Positions 29,212 to 37,586 of a DNA stretch of 64,000 nt are shown here, piece after piece. Each line of letters begins with the position of its first letter. The first letter of the stretch is position 1. A program made the position numbers and the translations under genes. Source of the stretch: an uncultured Gammaproteobacteria bacterium (lineage in GTDB: Bacteria; Patescibacteriota; Microgenomatia; Levybacterales; UBA12049); the NCBI GenBank assembly GCA_964571255.1, contig CAZNAA010000001.1:136134-200133 (forward strand). Direction: 5' to 3'. The notes beneath the pieces are model-generated. The model worked only from the letters and a program-made list of their open reading frames with translations. It was not told where the DNA came from and ran no database searches.

Positions 29212-30546
29212 TTAATAGAGGCTTGTACTCCTTCCGTATGGATATAAAATAGGGAGAGGGTTTCTACTGTTACTAGCTTGAAGCATACGACTGCGAATTT
29301 GGAGAGGGAATTCGTTTTGTAATAGTAAAGCCTCAGGAAAAAGAGTACTGAGAATATATCCTTGCTTTGCATATACTTGTGCTTTCAAGTTAGTCATCTC
29401 AACTAATTGTTGCTGGGTGGGGGCAGAGAGTCCATCATAATAACTATTCACACCAAAAAAGTCCCTCATTCTTTCAGCTTCTGAACAAACGTCTTCCTCA
29501 ACAACACCTGTATATGTAAAATGAGATAAATCTACCAGCTTCTCCAACTCACTAATACGATAAATGGAAAGAGCAAGGTCAGAGTATTTTCTTTTCATAT
29601 CTCTTTCAAACTCTTCCTTGTAGGTTTTTTTTCTTTTCTCAATGAGTGATTCATTAAGAGGAGGGAAGCCTATGATAGGAAAGATATACTCTGGTTCATC
29701 ATTGTCTCCAATGATAAGTGAAACCTTGGCAGCTATCCCAACTTGTTTTAATTGGCGTATTAAAGATTGTAGTCTTCCTGCCGTTCCTTCAAAATTATTT
29801 CCTTTAGGATTGGTTAATAAATAGTCTTCAGGTGTATCAGAAGTCAAAATTTTGGCATCTACAGGAGGGCAAGTAAACTGGACAAACTCAAAAACTCCCT
29901 TAGCAACAGCTTTCTCAACCTTTTCTCTCACTTCAGGCGTAAGTGTTCCGGGGATAACAGAATAACTTTCAAATAGAGCGAGAACTTTGGTAACTAAGTT
30001 GGTAGGTAATCGTTCTCCAGTCTCAACGAGTTTTTTAACTGCCCTTTGTTCCTGCTTCCTTTTTACTTCCTCTCTTTTTATAGCAGCTACACTCTCTTTT
30101 GCAGTAAAGACTACTTTTGTATTTAGTATTTGATTAATTCCTACCCGTCCGTTAATTCTGACTCTTGTTGGTTTGCCTTTCGCATTAGCATCAGCTAAGT
30201 GAAATCTTCGTTGATATCTTTGTCCTTCTCCTAAAATAAGAGCAGCTGTTTCTTGATAGTAACGAGAATTTTGCGGTGTTCTAATTTGCCTAACAATTTG
30301 ATCAGCACTTCTTTGGGTATCGACGGTTTTAACTTTAGCCTGGAACCCTCTAGGGAGTTGTACTCCTCCATCTAAAATACAATTCAAAATATCGGTTGGA
30401 GAAATGCCCGTACTTCTAGCTAGTTCTTTTATAGTCATTGGAGGATAAGGCATATCCGATTTCTCCCACTTATTGAAAGTGGAGCGAATACTCCTTTGAA
30501 TAATTTGTGCTATGTCTGTTGTTTTTTCCATAAAAAAACCTCCCAT
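29212..30546 (-). CDS. Hypothetical 444-aa protein, the first gene of the T-box-led operon with hisS
   Basis: Long intact ORF with no family motif recognised. A 14-nt gap separates it from hisS, implying co-transcription. Confidence 0.5.
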   Translation of the reverse strand: MGGFFMEKTTDIAQIIQRSIRSTFNKWEKSDMPYPPMTIKELARSTGISPTDILNCILDGGVQLPRGFQAKVKTVDTQRSADQIVRQIRTPQNSRYYQETAALILGEGQRYQRRFHLADANAKGKPTRVRINGRVGINQILNTKVVFTAKESVAAIKREEVKRKQEQRAVKKLVETGERLPTNLVTKVLALFESYSVIPGTLTPEVREKVEKAVAKGVFEFVQFTCPPVDAKILTSDTPEDYLLTNPKGNNFEGTAGRLQSLIRQLKQVGIAAKVSLIIGDNDEPEYIFPIIGFPPLNESLIEKRKKTYKEEFERDMKRKYSDLALSIYRISELEKLVDLSHFTYTGVVEEDVCSEAERMRDFFGVNSYYDGLSAPTQQQLVEMTNLKAQVYAKQGYILSTLFPEALLLQNEFPLQIRSRMLQASNSRNPLPILYPYGRSTSLY

Positions 30547-30798
30547 TCTTTTCCCACCACAAACGTGTGATGAAAAAGGAACGAAAGGTACAAAAAAAGG
30601 ACCTCCCGCGGTCCCATCCTTTATTTCTTTTTCTATTGCTAGAAAAAGACTCTTAGTGGCGACTCCGCGATTGCGACATCGTCTTTTCCCTTTAACGGTT
30701 GAAAATCCGTAGCGTATTTTGACGCTCAGCTCCTGGATCGTGACTCCAGTCAGATGCTTTATGTCCTATATACTATCGAATTAGTGAGAATTTGTCAA
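30547..30798 (-). promoter_or_regulatory. T-box-like riboswitch leader (putative His-responsive) with sigma70-like promoter
   Basis: Minus-strand promoter TTGACA-N17-TAGTAT. The roughly 215-nt leader contains a GNUGA element (GCUGA), the F-box CCGUUA, and the T-box sequence AAAGGAUGGGACCGCGGGAGG, which overlaps the terminator. The bulge UGGG would pair with the C73 discriminator of tRNA-His. Confidence 0.5.
30591..30615 (-). terminator. Intrinsic terminator inside the leader (attenuator)
   Basis: Minus-strand hairpin GGACC-GCGGGA-GGUCC followed by UUUUUUU (plus-strand A-run 30592-30598). Confidence 0.55.
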
Positions 30799-30800
30799 AT

Positions 30801-31562
30801 TTAGCGAAGAGGAGTGAGTTTTTTTCCACTCCCTGTGGAGACGACGACTTCTTCATCTTCCTTGAGTTGAGCTGAAGGAATAATGACTTTTGGGTTTTTG
30901 GGAAGATCAGGAAAAAGGATAATACGAGTTGCTACCATTCGGAATTTTTCCTTCTTATCAAGAAAACCAGTCACAAATACTCTTTGTCCAACTTCAATTC
31001 TGCTAAACCCTGCTTTTTCCATTTCCGTTTTTTTGGTATAGACACTCGTTTTAGTCACATTTTCTACATCAACAGTTGTTTGTGATCCATCTTCTGATGC
31101 GACTTTGAAGGTAAACTCTTTGGCATCAAATGAGCTTACTTGTCCTGAAAGGGTAGTGGGGAATGTATCAACAGCAATAAATCTAGCTGTAATTCGTCTG
31201 GATTGTTTGTTATAAAGCCCTAACACACTGATTTTTGTTCCTTTGGTCAAGTCGGAAATCCCAAATGTCCCACTGGCTGAGGGGGAGGAAAACTTGGTAA
31301 TCTCGTCAACATCCACAAACCTAGTATTTTTATTAATATCCTCCATTGTAATCTGGGTAGAGGAAGTACTCTGAACTATTCCCACAATACCTCTTTTATC
31401 TACTAGTTTAAGTTGAGCTACTCGGGAAGCAATGCGATCTTTTAAATCAGTAATTTGATCAACCATGGTTGGTTGAGAACTAGTAGGAGAAGGAGTAGCT
31501 GTTTGAGCAACTGCTGGGCTAACGAGAAGAAAGAACAGGATAAAAGGAAGAAGGTAGTTCAT
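30801..31562 (-). CDS. Hypothetical secreted protein
   Basis: Signal peptide MNYLLPFILFFLLVSPAVAQ. Confidence 0.45.
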   Translation of the reverse strand: MNYLLPFILFFLLVSPAVAQTATPSPTSSQPTMVDQITDLKDRIASRVAQLKLVDKRGIVGIVQSTSSTQITMEDINKNTRFVDVDEITKFSSPSASGTFGISDLTKGTKISVLGLYNKQSRRITARFIAVDTFPTTLSGQVSSFDAKEFTFKVASEDGSQTTVDVENVTKTSVYTKKTEMEKAGFSRIEVGQRVFVTGFLDKKEKFRMVATRIILFPDLPKNPKVIIPSAQLKEDEEVVVSTGSGKKLTPLR

Positions 31563-31564
31563 AG

Positions 31565-31993
31565 TTAAAAGCTTTCCGTAGAAAAGGTGATAGTTCGAGT
31601 GAGTCTTTTTTCTGTACCGTCAGGATAGATTGCCCGTACTTCGATCAGATTGGATCCTGTATCGATGGTTTGAGTAAGAGTAAAGGTACCGGTAGTTGTG
31701 GGTTTGATGACTTGATCATTTCCTGCAGTTGTTACGATTAAAAGTGCATCAGGTGTTGTTCGACCTGAGATGGTAATGAGTTTTTTTTCAGTAACACTTT
31801 CGTCGGCTGGATTTTCAAGTATGAGAAGGTTTCCGCTCTCATCAGGCGTTGGGGTAGGAATATTGGCACTCGGAGTCTTTAGTTGAGAGTCTGGGATTAC
31901 TTTGGTCATTTGAAAAAGATAAAATACTCCTCCAGCTACCAACAGACCCAGGGCAATAAAGACAATTGACAGAATAAGACGCTCTGCTTTCAT
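31565..31993 (-). CDS. Hypothetical secreted or membrane-anchored protein
   Basis: The start was taken at MKAERLILSIVFIALG (TM anchor). Confidence 0.4.
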   Translation of the reverse strand: MKAERLILSIVFIALGLLVAGGVFYLFQMTKVIPDSQLKTPSANIPTPTPDESGNLLILENPADESVTEKKLITISGRTTPDALLIVTTAGNDQVIKPTTTGTFTLTQTIDTGSNLIEVRAIYPDGTEKRLTRTITFSTESF

Positions 31994-32069
31994 GTAAATT
32001 GTGTGTTGATGATAGTTGAAACTTCCCCTCCTTGTCAAGAAAAGCCAGGTTTGCTACGATACATAGCAG

Positions 32070-32567
32070 ATGGAAATTGCAGTTATTAGCGGAGGAGTTC
32101 GGATTAAAGGAAAGATGGCAACTCTCTCTGTTGCTTCTTTTCAAGAGAAAACAGCTCAGGCGGTTTTGGCTTTGAAAAAGGCAGTAACAATTCCTGCTAA
32201 TACGTTAGTATTTGATGGAGCGGGGGAGTATGAAATAGGAGGAGTAAAGATCTCAACCCTTCGAGTCGAGACTGATTTGATTCATAGTGTGACCGTTGAT
32301 GGAGTAACGGTTTTAGTTGGAGAAATAGGATCAATGGAGAAGGTTCATACAAAATTTGCAGAACACGATATTGTTTTACTTATCTGTAATACGGAAGTAA
32401 ATCCTTCCTTTACCTCATCTTTAACTACACACGCAACCATTTTTATGGGAGAAAAAGCCAAGGAAACGTGTGATAAATTAGGGAAAGCAAATACGATTGA
32501 AGCCAACAAATACAGCGCTATAAGTGGAAAGTTTCCTGAGGAATCTCAGACTATTGTTCTCATCTAA
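32070..32567 (+). CDS. Hypothetical protein
   Basis: 165-aa ORF with no motif. Confidence 0.4.
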   Translation: MEIAVISGGVRIKGKMATLSVASFQEKTAQAVLALKKAVTIPANTLVFDGAGEYEIGGVKISTLRVETDLIHSVTVDGVTVLVGEIGSMEKVHTKFAEHDIVLLICNTEVNPSFTSSLTTHATIFMGEKAKETCDKLGKANTIEANKYSAISGKFPEESQTIVLI

Positions 32568-32616
32568 CTTTCCCTCTTGAAACAATCCTAAAAACCCTTT
32601 ACGCTACTTACTACCA

Positions 32617-33942
32617 ATGGCAAGAGTTCTCCCACATAATGATGAAGCAGAGCAAAGTGTGCTAGGTGCAATCATGATTGATAAGGAAGCAATCACGGTT
32701 GTTTCTGGAATTTTGCGTCCTGAGCATTTTTATAACGATACGAATCTTCTTATTTATGATGTTATGCTCACACTTTTTGACGAGAGAAAGCCCATTGACG
32801 TTTTAACTATTTCTTCTCAACTCAAAAAACACAGAGGAGGAGATAAAATCCCCAGTGCATACATTACTGATCTAGTTAGTGCTGTCCCAACAGCCTCAAA
32901 TGTAGAATATTATGCCCAAATTGTCAAAGACGTTGCCCTCAAACGTTCACTTATCAGAATTAGTGGGGAAATTACGGATATGTCTTTTGAGGAAGATAAT
33001 GAAACTAAAGACATCCTGGATAAAGCAGAGTCCTCAATTTTTGCTGTGGCTCAAGGAAATATTATTCGGGATTTTGTTCTCCTTAGAGAAACCCTTTCTG
33101 ATACTTTTGACAGAATTGATGAGTTGCATCAAAAAGGAGATGGGCTACGAGGGGTTCGAACAGGATTTAAAGATTTAGATAATACGCTATCAGGAATGCA
33201 AAAGGCAAACCTTCTCATCCTTGCAGCGCGTCCTGGAACGGGTAAAACAGCCATTGTGTTGAATATGGCCCAATACGCTGCTCAACACGAGAAAAAGCCT
33301 GTGGCTATCTTTTCTCTTGAAATGAGTAAAGAAGAACTCGTAGATCGTTTGGTCGTTTCTCAATCAGAAGTAGATGCATGGAAAATAAAAACAGGAAGAC
33401 TGAATGAGGAAGATTGGGATAAAGTCTCCTCTGCCATGGGACAGCTTGGAGATATTCCCCTGTATATTGATGACACCCCAGGCATTACGATGGCTGAGAT
33501 GAGAAGTAAAGCCAGAAGACTTCATTTAGAACATGGACTCGGTCTTATCGTAGTAGATTACTTGCAACTGGTTAATCCTGGAAAGCAATATGAAAGTCGA
33601 ACTGTTGAAGTCTCCGCAATCTCGCAAGGCTTAAAAAATCTTGCCCGTGAGTTAAATGTTCCGGTTTTAGCTTGTTCTCAACTTTCTCGTGCAGTGGAGC
33701 AACGAGGAGAGAAGAGACCACAGCTGGCTGATTTGAGAGAATCCGGAGCCATTGAACAGGATGCAGACGTTGTTATGTTTATCTATAGACCAGATTCTGA
33801 AGTAACTGGAAATACTATTCCCACGAAGCTGCTTATCTCAAAACATAGAAATGGTGCAACAGGAGAGATTGATCTTCTCTTTAGAGGAGACAGAATGAAA
33901 TTCTTTAATATTGAAAAAGGAATTGAGGAAGAAGTACACTAA
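32617..33942 (+). CDS. dnaB: Replicative DNA helicase DnaB
   Basis: N-terminus EAEQSVLGAIM, Walker A GTGKTA, Walker B, and RecA-like C-terminal domain. No intein. Confidence 0.9.
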   Translation: MARVLPHNDEAEQSVLGAIMIDKEAITVVSGILRPEHFYNDTNLLIYDVMLTLFDERKPIDVLTISSQLKKHRGGDKIPSAYITDLVSAVPTASNVEYYAQIVKDVALKRSLIRISGEITDMSFEEDNETKDILDKAESSIFAVAQGNIIRDFVLLRETLSDTFDRIDELHQKGDGLRGVRTGFKDLDNTLSGMQKANLLILAARPGTGKTAIVLNMAQYAAQHEKKPVAIFSLEMSKEELVDRLVVSQSEVDAWKIKTGRLNEEDWDKVSSAMGQLGDIPLYIDDTPGITMAEMRSKARRLHLEHGLGLIVVDYLQLVNPGKQYESRTVEVSAISQGLKNLARELNVPVLACSQLSRAVEQRGEKRPQLADLRESGAIEQDADVVMFIYRPDSEVTGNTIPTKLLISKHRNGATGEIDLLFRGDRMKFFNIEKGIEEEVH

Positions 33943-33946
33943 GAAT

Positions 33947-34504
33947 ATGCAACCCTATCTTATTGGTGCTCTTCTTGGAACAATTTCCTCAGGAAGTTTT
34001 ATTGCTATCTCTCTTTTTTTCCCAGAAGTAAACTTTGAAGGCTTTGTTCCAGGAATTACTTTTGGAGCTGTATTTGCTCTCTATACTCTTTTTACCAATA
34101 AAACTACGCTTTTTAAAGCACTTCTGTTTGTCATTGCTTCAACTGCCTCCTATTATGTTGCCTATTCTGCCTTTATTATTGCTGCAAGTTTTTCACAATA
34201 TACTGCATGGACGTACCCTCCCCCTGATCCTAATTATTTTTTCTACTATGTAGGTGGGATTGTTGCAGGAGGAATAGGTGGATTTCTTCTTTCTCTAAGT
34301 AGTCACTGGTTGCTAATTAAAAAAGATTCAGATAAATGGATTCGCCTTATTTGCTTGAGTATCCTTCTTGCTTTATATTTATCAGGAATTACCCATTGGA
34401 TTGATAAAACAGATAATGACTTTGACTATTTATATTTGAGTTTCTTCTTTGTCTGGCAAGTAGGAATAGGAAGTTTATTAGCACGTTACCTAGAGAAAAA
34501 ATAG
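33947..34504 (+). CDS. Hypothetical polytopic membrane protein
   Basis: Several TM helices. The start was taken at the Met just after the dnaB stop. Confidence 0.4.
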   Translation: MQPYLIGALLGTISSGSFIAISLFFPEVNFEGFVPGITFGAVFALYTLFTNKTTLFKALLFVIASTASYYVAYSAFIIAASFSQYTAWTYPPPDPNYFFYYVGGIVAGGIGGFLLSLSSHWLLIKKDSDKWIRLICLSILLALYLSGITHWIDKTDNDFDYLYLSFFFVWQVGIGSLLARYLEKK

Positions 34505-34509
34505 AGAAA

Positions 34510-35115
34510 TTAGGATTTCTTAGCAGATAATTCTTTGTATACTTTTGCCTTTGCAATTTCGACTACTGGTACAGCTACTAAAACTCCAACAAAGAAAGCG
34601 ATAAGTCCTAGAATAACTACTCCCATTCTAGCTAGTGCAAACAAAAATAGGTCAAAGGTGTGTCCACGAGTTAATTCCCAACTTGCTTTGAGAGAATCAA
34701 TGGCACTCATGTTTTTTTCAATGATGTAGTACTTAAACATACTAAGTCTGATTCCAACGATAATTCCTGGAATAACGAGTGCGAGAAAAGAAATGGCTAC
34801 GGCAAGTGAATTTAGTACTGTTCCTAAAAGAAGAGGAAGATAGTGTTTGTGTTCTGTCCAGAGAAGAGAAGCTTGAATAGGTTTATTCTCAACAATATTT
34901 AAAACCATTCGAGTAACTCCTGCAGTGAGAAGAATTCCAACTAAGAAAGAAAGAAGCATGAAGAGAGTGTTTGGATCTCCATTTTCTCCTTGTCCAATGT
35001 TTTGAATCAGAGTAGGGATAGCAATACTTGCAACAGTAATTCCAACAATTAGCCAGAACTGTTTCTTTGTTTGTTCCCAGCCGTATACAATGGATTCTTT
35101 AATTCGTACGTTCAT
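34510..35115 (-). CDS. Integral membrane protein (DUF975-like)
   Basis: Four to five TM helices. The start was taken at MNVRIKESIVYGW. The longer ORF extension runs into the high-GC segment. Confidence 0.4.
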   Translation of the reverse strand: MNVRIKESIVYGWEQTKKQFWLIVGITVASIAIPTLIQNIGQGENGDPNTLFMLLSFLVGILLTAGVTRMVLNIVENKPIQASLLWTEHKHYLPLLLGTVLNSLAVAISFLALVIPGIIVGIRLSMFKYYIIEKNMSAIDSLKASWELTRGHTFDLFLFALARMGVVILGLIAFFVGVLVAVPVVEIAKAKVYKELSAKKS

Positions 35116-35179
35116 AGTGTAAGTGTAAGAAGGATGGATAAAATAGTCAAGAAGGAATTTGAGATATACGTGATATTGG

Positions 35180-35915
35180 GTTTGAGCAGGCCTGAACATT
35201 GCTGTCAGACCTGCTCGAGATGGTAAGTGAGAGTGGGGCTCACTTTCCATCAGGAATGAACTTACTTGGTTAGATAGTTGCGATACGAACCTTCAACGCT
35301 GAAACCTAATCGCTTGGCGACACCATAGGCTGTCCAGAAGCGTTTCTTCGCCTCTAACACGGCCATCCGGATTTCAGCCATTTTCTCACGCCGTGTCATG
35401 ACTTTCCTGGCGCTGACTTCGTTGTCAAACGCCGTTTGCATTGCCCGCGCTTTCATGGCCAGATAAGAATTGACTCGGAGCTGGTCGTTTTGGCGATCAC
35501 TTGTTGGTTTCCAACCGTACTGCTCGAGGAAGATTCCCAGATCTCGCTGCCTCTTCAGCCACCGCCATCCTCGGAAGGGGAGACAGACAGCCTCGAGAAA
35601 GACGAGCAGAGGGAATCCCACGCTCCGTTCCCACCAGAGAATAGCGGTTTCCAGCCTGAAAAAGCTGAAAAACCAGAAACTCCCGAGGGCGAGTGTAACG
35701 TAGGCAGCGATGCTCACAATGTAAAGGTTCATTCCGATTCTCCTGCGGGTTCTTCCCGCCAATTGCCAGTTCTGCTGGCTTCGGATTGTTCTCACGGAGC
35801 TTCCGTGAGCGAGTGCGATCCGCGCACTCTTCCTTGAGAGGTCCCACTCCCTCAAAAAGTAGGTAAAGTGTAGCAAAAAGAGGATGAAAAGTCAAGTACT
35901 ATAGGTTTACTAATT
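35180..35915. other. Compositionally foreign high-GC segment (about 50-55% GC versus about 36% in flanks) abutting the 3' end of tRNA-Leu
   Basis: Visible GC shift. Multiple overlapping six-frame ORFs are typical of GC-rich DNA. A perfect 8-bp hairpin CTCACGGA-AGC-TCCGTGAG lies at about 35795-35813. Confidence 0.6.
35262..35732 (-). CDS. Hypothetical protein with an N-terminal TM helix, encoded in the high-GC segment
   Basis: This is the longest frame in the segment. The likely start is MNLYIVSIAAYVTLALGSFWFF. The in-frame upstream extension reaches 35876. Confidence 0.3.
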   Translation of the reverse strand: MNLYIVSIAAYVTLALGSFWFFSFFRLETAILWWERSVGFPLLVFLEAVCLPFRGWRWLKRQRDLGIFLEQYGWKPTSDRQNDQLRVNSYLAMKARAMQTAFDNEVSARKVMTRREKMAEIRMAVLEAKKRFWTAYGVAKRLGFSVEGSYRNYLTK

Positions 35916-35923
35916 GGTATTAG

Positions 35924-36006
35924 TACCGGGGGAGGGACTCGAACCCTCAAGGCCTTGCGACCAGTAGTTTTTGAGACTACCGCGTATACCATTCCGCCAC
36001 CTCGGC
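35924..36006 (-). tRNA. tRNA-Leu (anticodon CAA), type II, CCA not encoded
   Basis: Acceptor GCCGAGG, D-loop with GG, anticodon stem GUAGU/ACUAC with loop CUCAAAA, variable arm GGUC-GCAA-GGCC, T-arm GAGGG-UUCGAGU-CCCUC, discriminator A73. The acceptor 3' strand CCCCGGU leaves an A5-C68 mismatch. Confidence 0.8.
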
Positions 36007-36061
36007 ATTTGAATTGTCATTATTGTCAATTCGTGCTTCCTATTATATACTTCTCAGTATG

Positions 36062-37027
36062 ACGATACAAGAAATTTATGAATTAGGACTTGAAATGGCA
36101 ATTGATGCTGATCCTCGGGGAAAGTCCGAAGTAGCACGAGTTTTAAAAAGAGCCAAGAAAAAATACGATGAACTGTCAGCTAAAAAGAAAGCTGTATTTG
36201 ATACAGAAGATTTGAACAACCCCTATACTGACTCTCGAATTCTCGCTGGAGACCCAAAACAAAAAGTTACAAAAATTATGAGTGGTATTGATCTGAATGC
36301 ATCGGAAGTACTTCTTGCAGACAGATTAAATCAAAAAGGAGAGGGAATTGACCTTCTGATTGCTCATCATCCTGAAGGACATGCGTTAATGAGCTTGTAT
36401 GAGGTGATGGATGTGCAAATTGATATGGCAGAACGCGTTGGAGTTCCTGTTACTATGGCACATGGCTTAATGGAGGACAGAAAAGGAATTGTGAGACGAA
36501 GATTTTCTCCTCTCAATACCAATCAAGCAGTTGATGCAGCACGTCTTTTAGAACTTCCTCTTATGACCATGCACACCTTCTGGGACAATATGGGAAATAA
36601 GTTTGTTGAGGATTATTTGAAAAAACAGCAATTTGATACAGCAGGAGAAGTACTGGAAGCAATTAATGACATTCCTGAATTTGCTGGGGCAATTAAGCTA
36701 AAAAATCCTCCAATGCTTGTTTCAGGGAATGAAAACAGACGAGTAGGAAAGATTGCCGTTGCTTTTACTGGAGGAACAAATGGATCAAAAGAGTCATACA
36801 TTGAACTTGCCAAAGCAGGAGTTGGAACTATTGTTGAAATGCATGTAGCAGAAGATGCCTTAGTCGAGCTGAGAAAACTAAATGTGAATGTGATTGATTG
36901 TGGACATATGGCTGCTGATTCTATTGGAGCTAATCTCTTTTTTGATGCGGTTGAGAAAAAAGGAGTAGAGGTTTTGGCCTGTTCTGGGTTAATTCGAGTA
37001 AAACGGGGAGGAAAGAAAAATAAATGA
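36062..37027 (+). CDS. Nif3-family (YqfO/GTP cyclohydrolase-1 type 2 homologue) protein
   Basis: GIDLLIAHHPEGH metal-binding motif and conserved C-terminal His/Glu region. The start was taken after the tRNA. The TGA stop overlaps the efp ATG (ATGA). Confidence 0.5.
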   Translation, partial: TIQEIYELGLEMAIDADPRGKSEVARVLKRAKKKYDELSAKKKAVFDTEDLNNPYTDSRILAGDPKQKVTKIMSGIDLNASEVLLADRLNQKGEGIDLLIAHHPEGHALMSLYEVMDVQIDMAERVGVPVTMAHGLMEDRKGIVRRRFSPLNTNQAVDAARLLELPLMTMHTFWDNMGNKFVEDYLKKQQFDTAGEVLEAINDIPEFAGAIKLKNPPMLVSGNENRRVGKIAVAFTGGTNGSKESYIELAKAGVGTIVEMHVAEDALVELRKLNVNVIDCGHMAADSIGANLFFDAVEKKGVEVLACSGLIRVKRGGKKNK

Positions 37028-37581
37028 TTTCCGTAACTGAGCTTCGAGCAGGAGTAACGTATCAGGAAGATGGAGTTCTTCTTCAAGTAATTTCTTACGA
37101 ACACGTAAAAACGGGGAGGGGAAGTGCAAATATTAAAGTAAAGGTAAAAAACCTTTCTAATGGCTCAACTGTTGAAAAGGGATACATCAACGGAGCACGG
37201 GTTCAAGACGTGATGGTTGTTAAAAAAGACGTGCAATTTCTTTATAAAGATGAAACGAGTGCGTATTTCATGGATCCTTCAACGTATGAACAAATTAGCA
37301 TGAGCCTCTCTAAAATCCCAGAACACCTGTATCTAAAAGAAGGGGAGACATTTAATATTAGTTTTTTAGATTCTACGCCACTTTCTCTTCTTCTCCCTCC
37401 GAAAATGGTATTTACTGTAGTGGAAACTCCCGTTGGAGTAAAAGGGAACTCAGCTACCAATGTCTTTAAAGATGCAGAGCTTGATAACGGGATGCATGTA
37501 AAAGTTCCTCTTTTTGTTGACGCAGGGGATAAGATCCGCGTTGATACTCGTACAGGTGAGTATAGTGAGAAGGCATCTTAG
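37024..37581 (+). CDS. efp: Elongation factor P
   Basis: KOW-like N-domain ELRAGVTY...VKTGRGSA and three OB domains, 185 aa. Confidence 0.9.
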   Translation: MISVTELRAGVTYQEDGVLLQVISYEHVKTGRGSANIKVKVKNLSNGSTVEKGYINGARVQDVMVVKKDVQFLYKDETSAYFMDPSTYEQISMSLSKIPEHLYLKEGETFNISFLDSTPLSLLLPPKMVFTVVETPVGVKGNSATNVFKDAELDNGMHVKVPLFVDAGDKIRVDTRTGEYSEKAS

Positions 37582-37586
37582 CTTGT

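Noticed and set aside
35279-35300. Possible degenerate direct repeat (gcgatacgaaccttcaacgct) of the tRNA-Leu 3' region, as a candidate att site
   Set aside because: Only about 15 of 21 identities, centred on the common cgaacc motif, and it lies inside an ORF. Too weak to call without a genome-wide search.
35436-35895. Overlapping ORFs 35436-35837 (+), 35470-35703 (+) and 35497-35895 (-) in the high-GC segment
   Set aside because: GC-rich DNA generates long spurious ORFs in all frames. Only the longest minus-strand frame, which has a TM helix, was retained, and that at low confidence.
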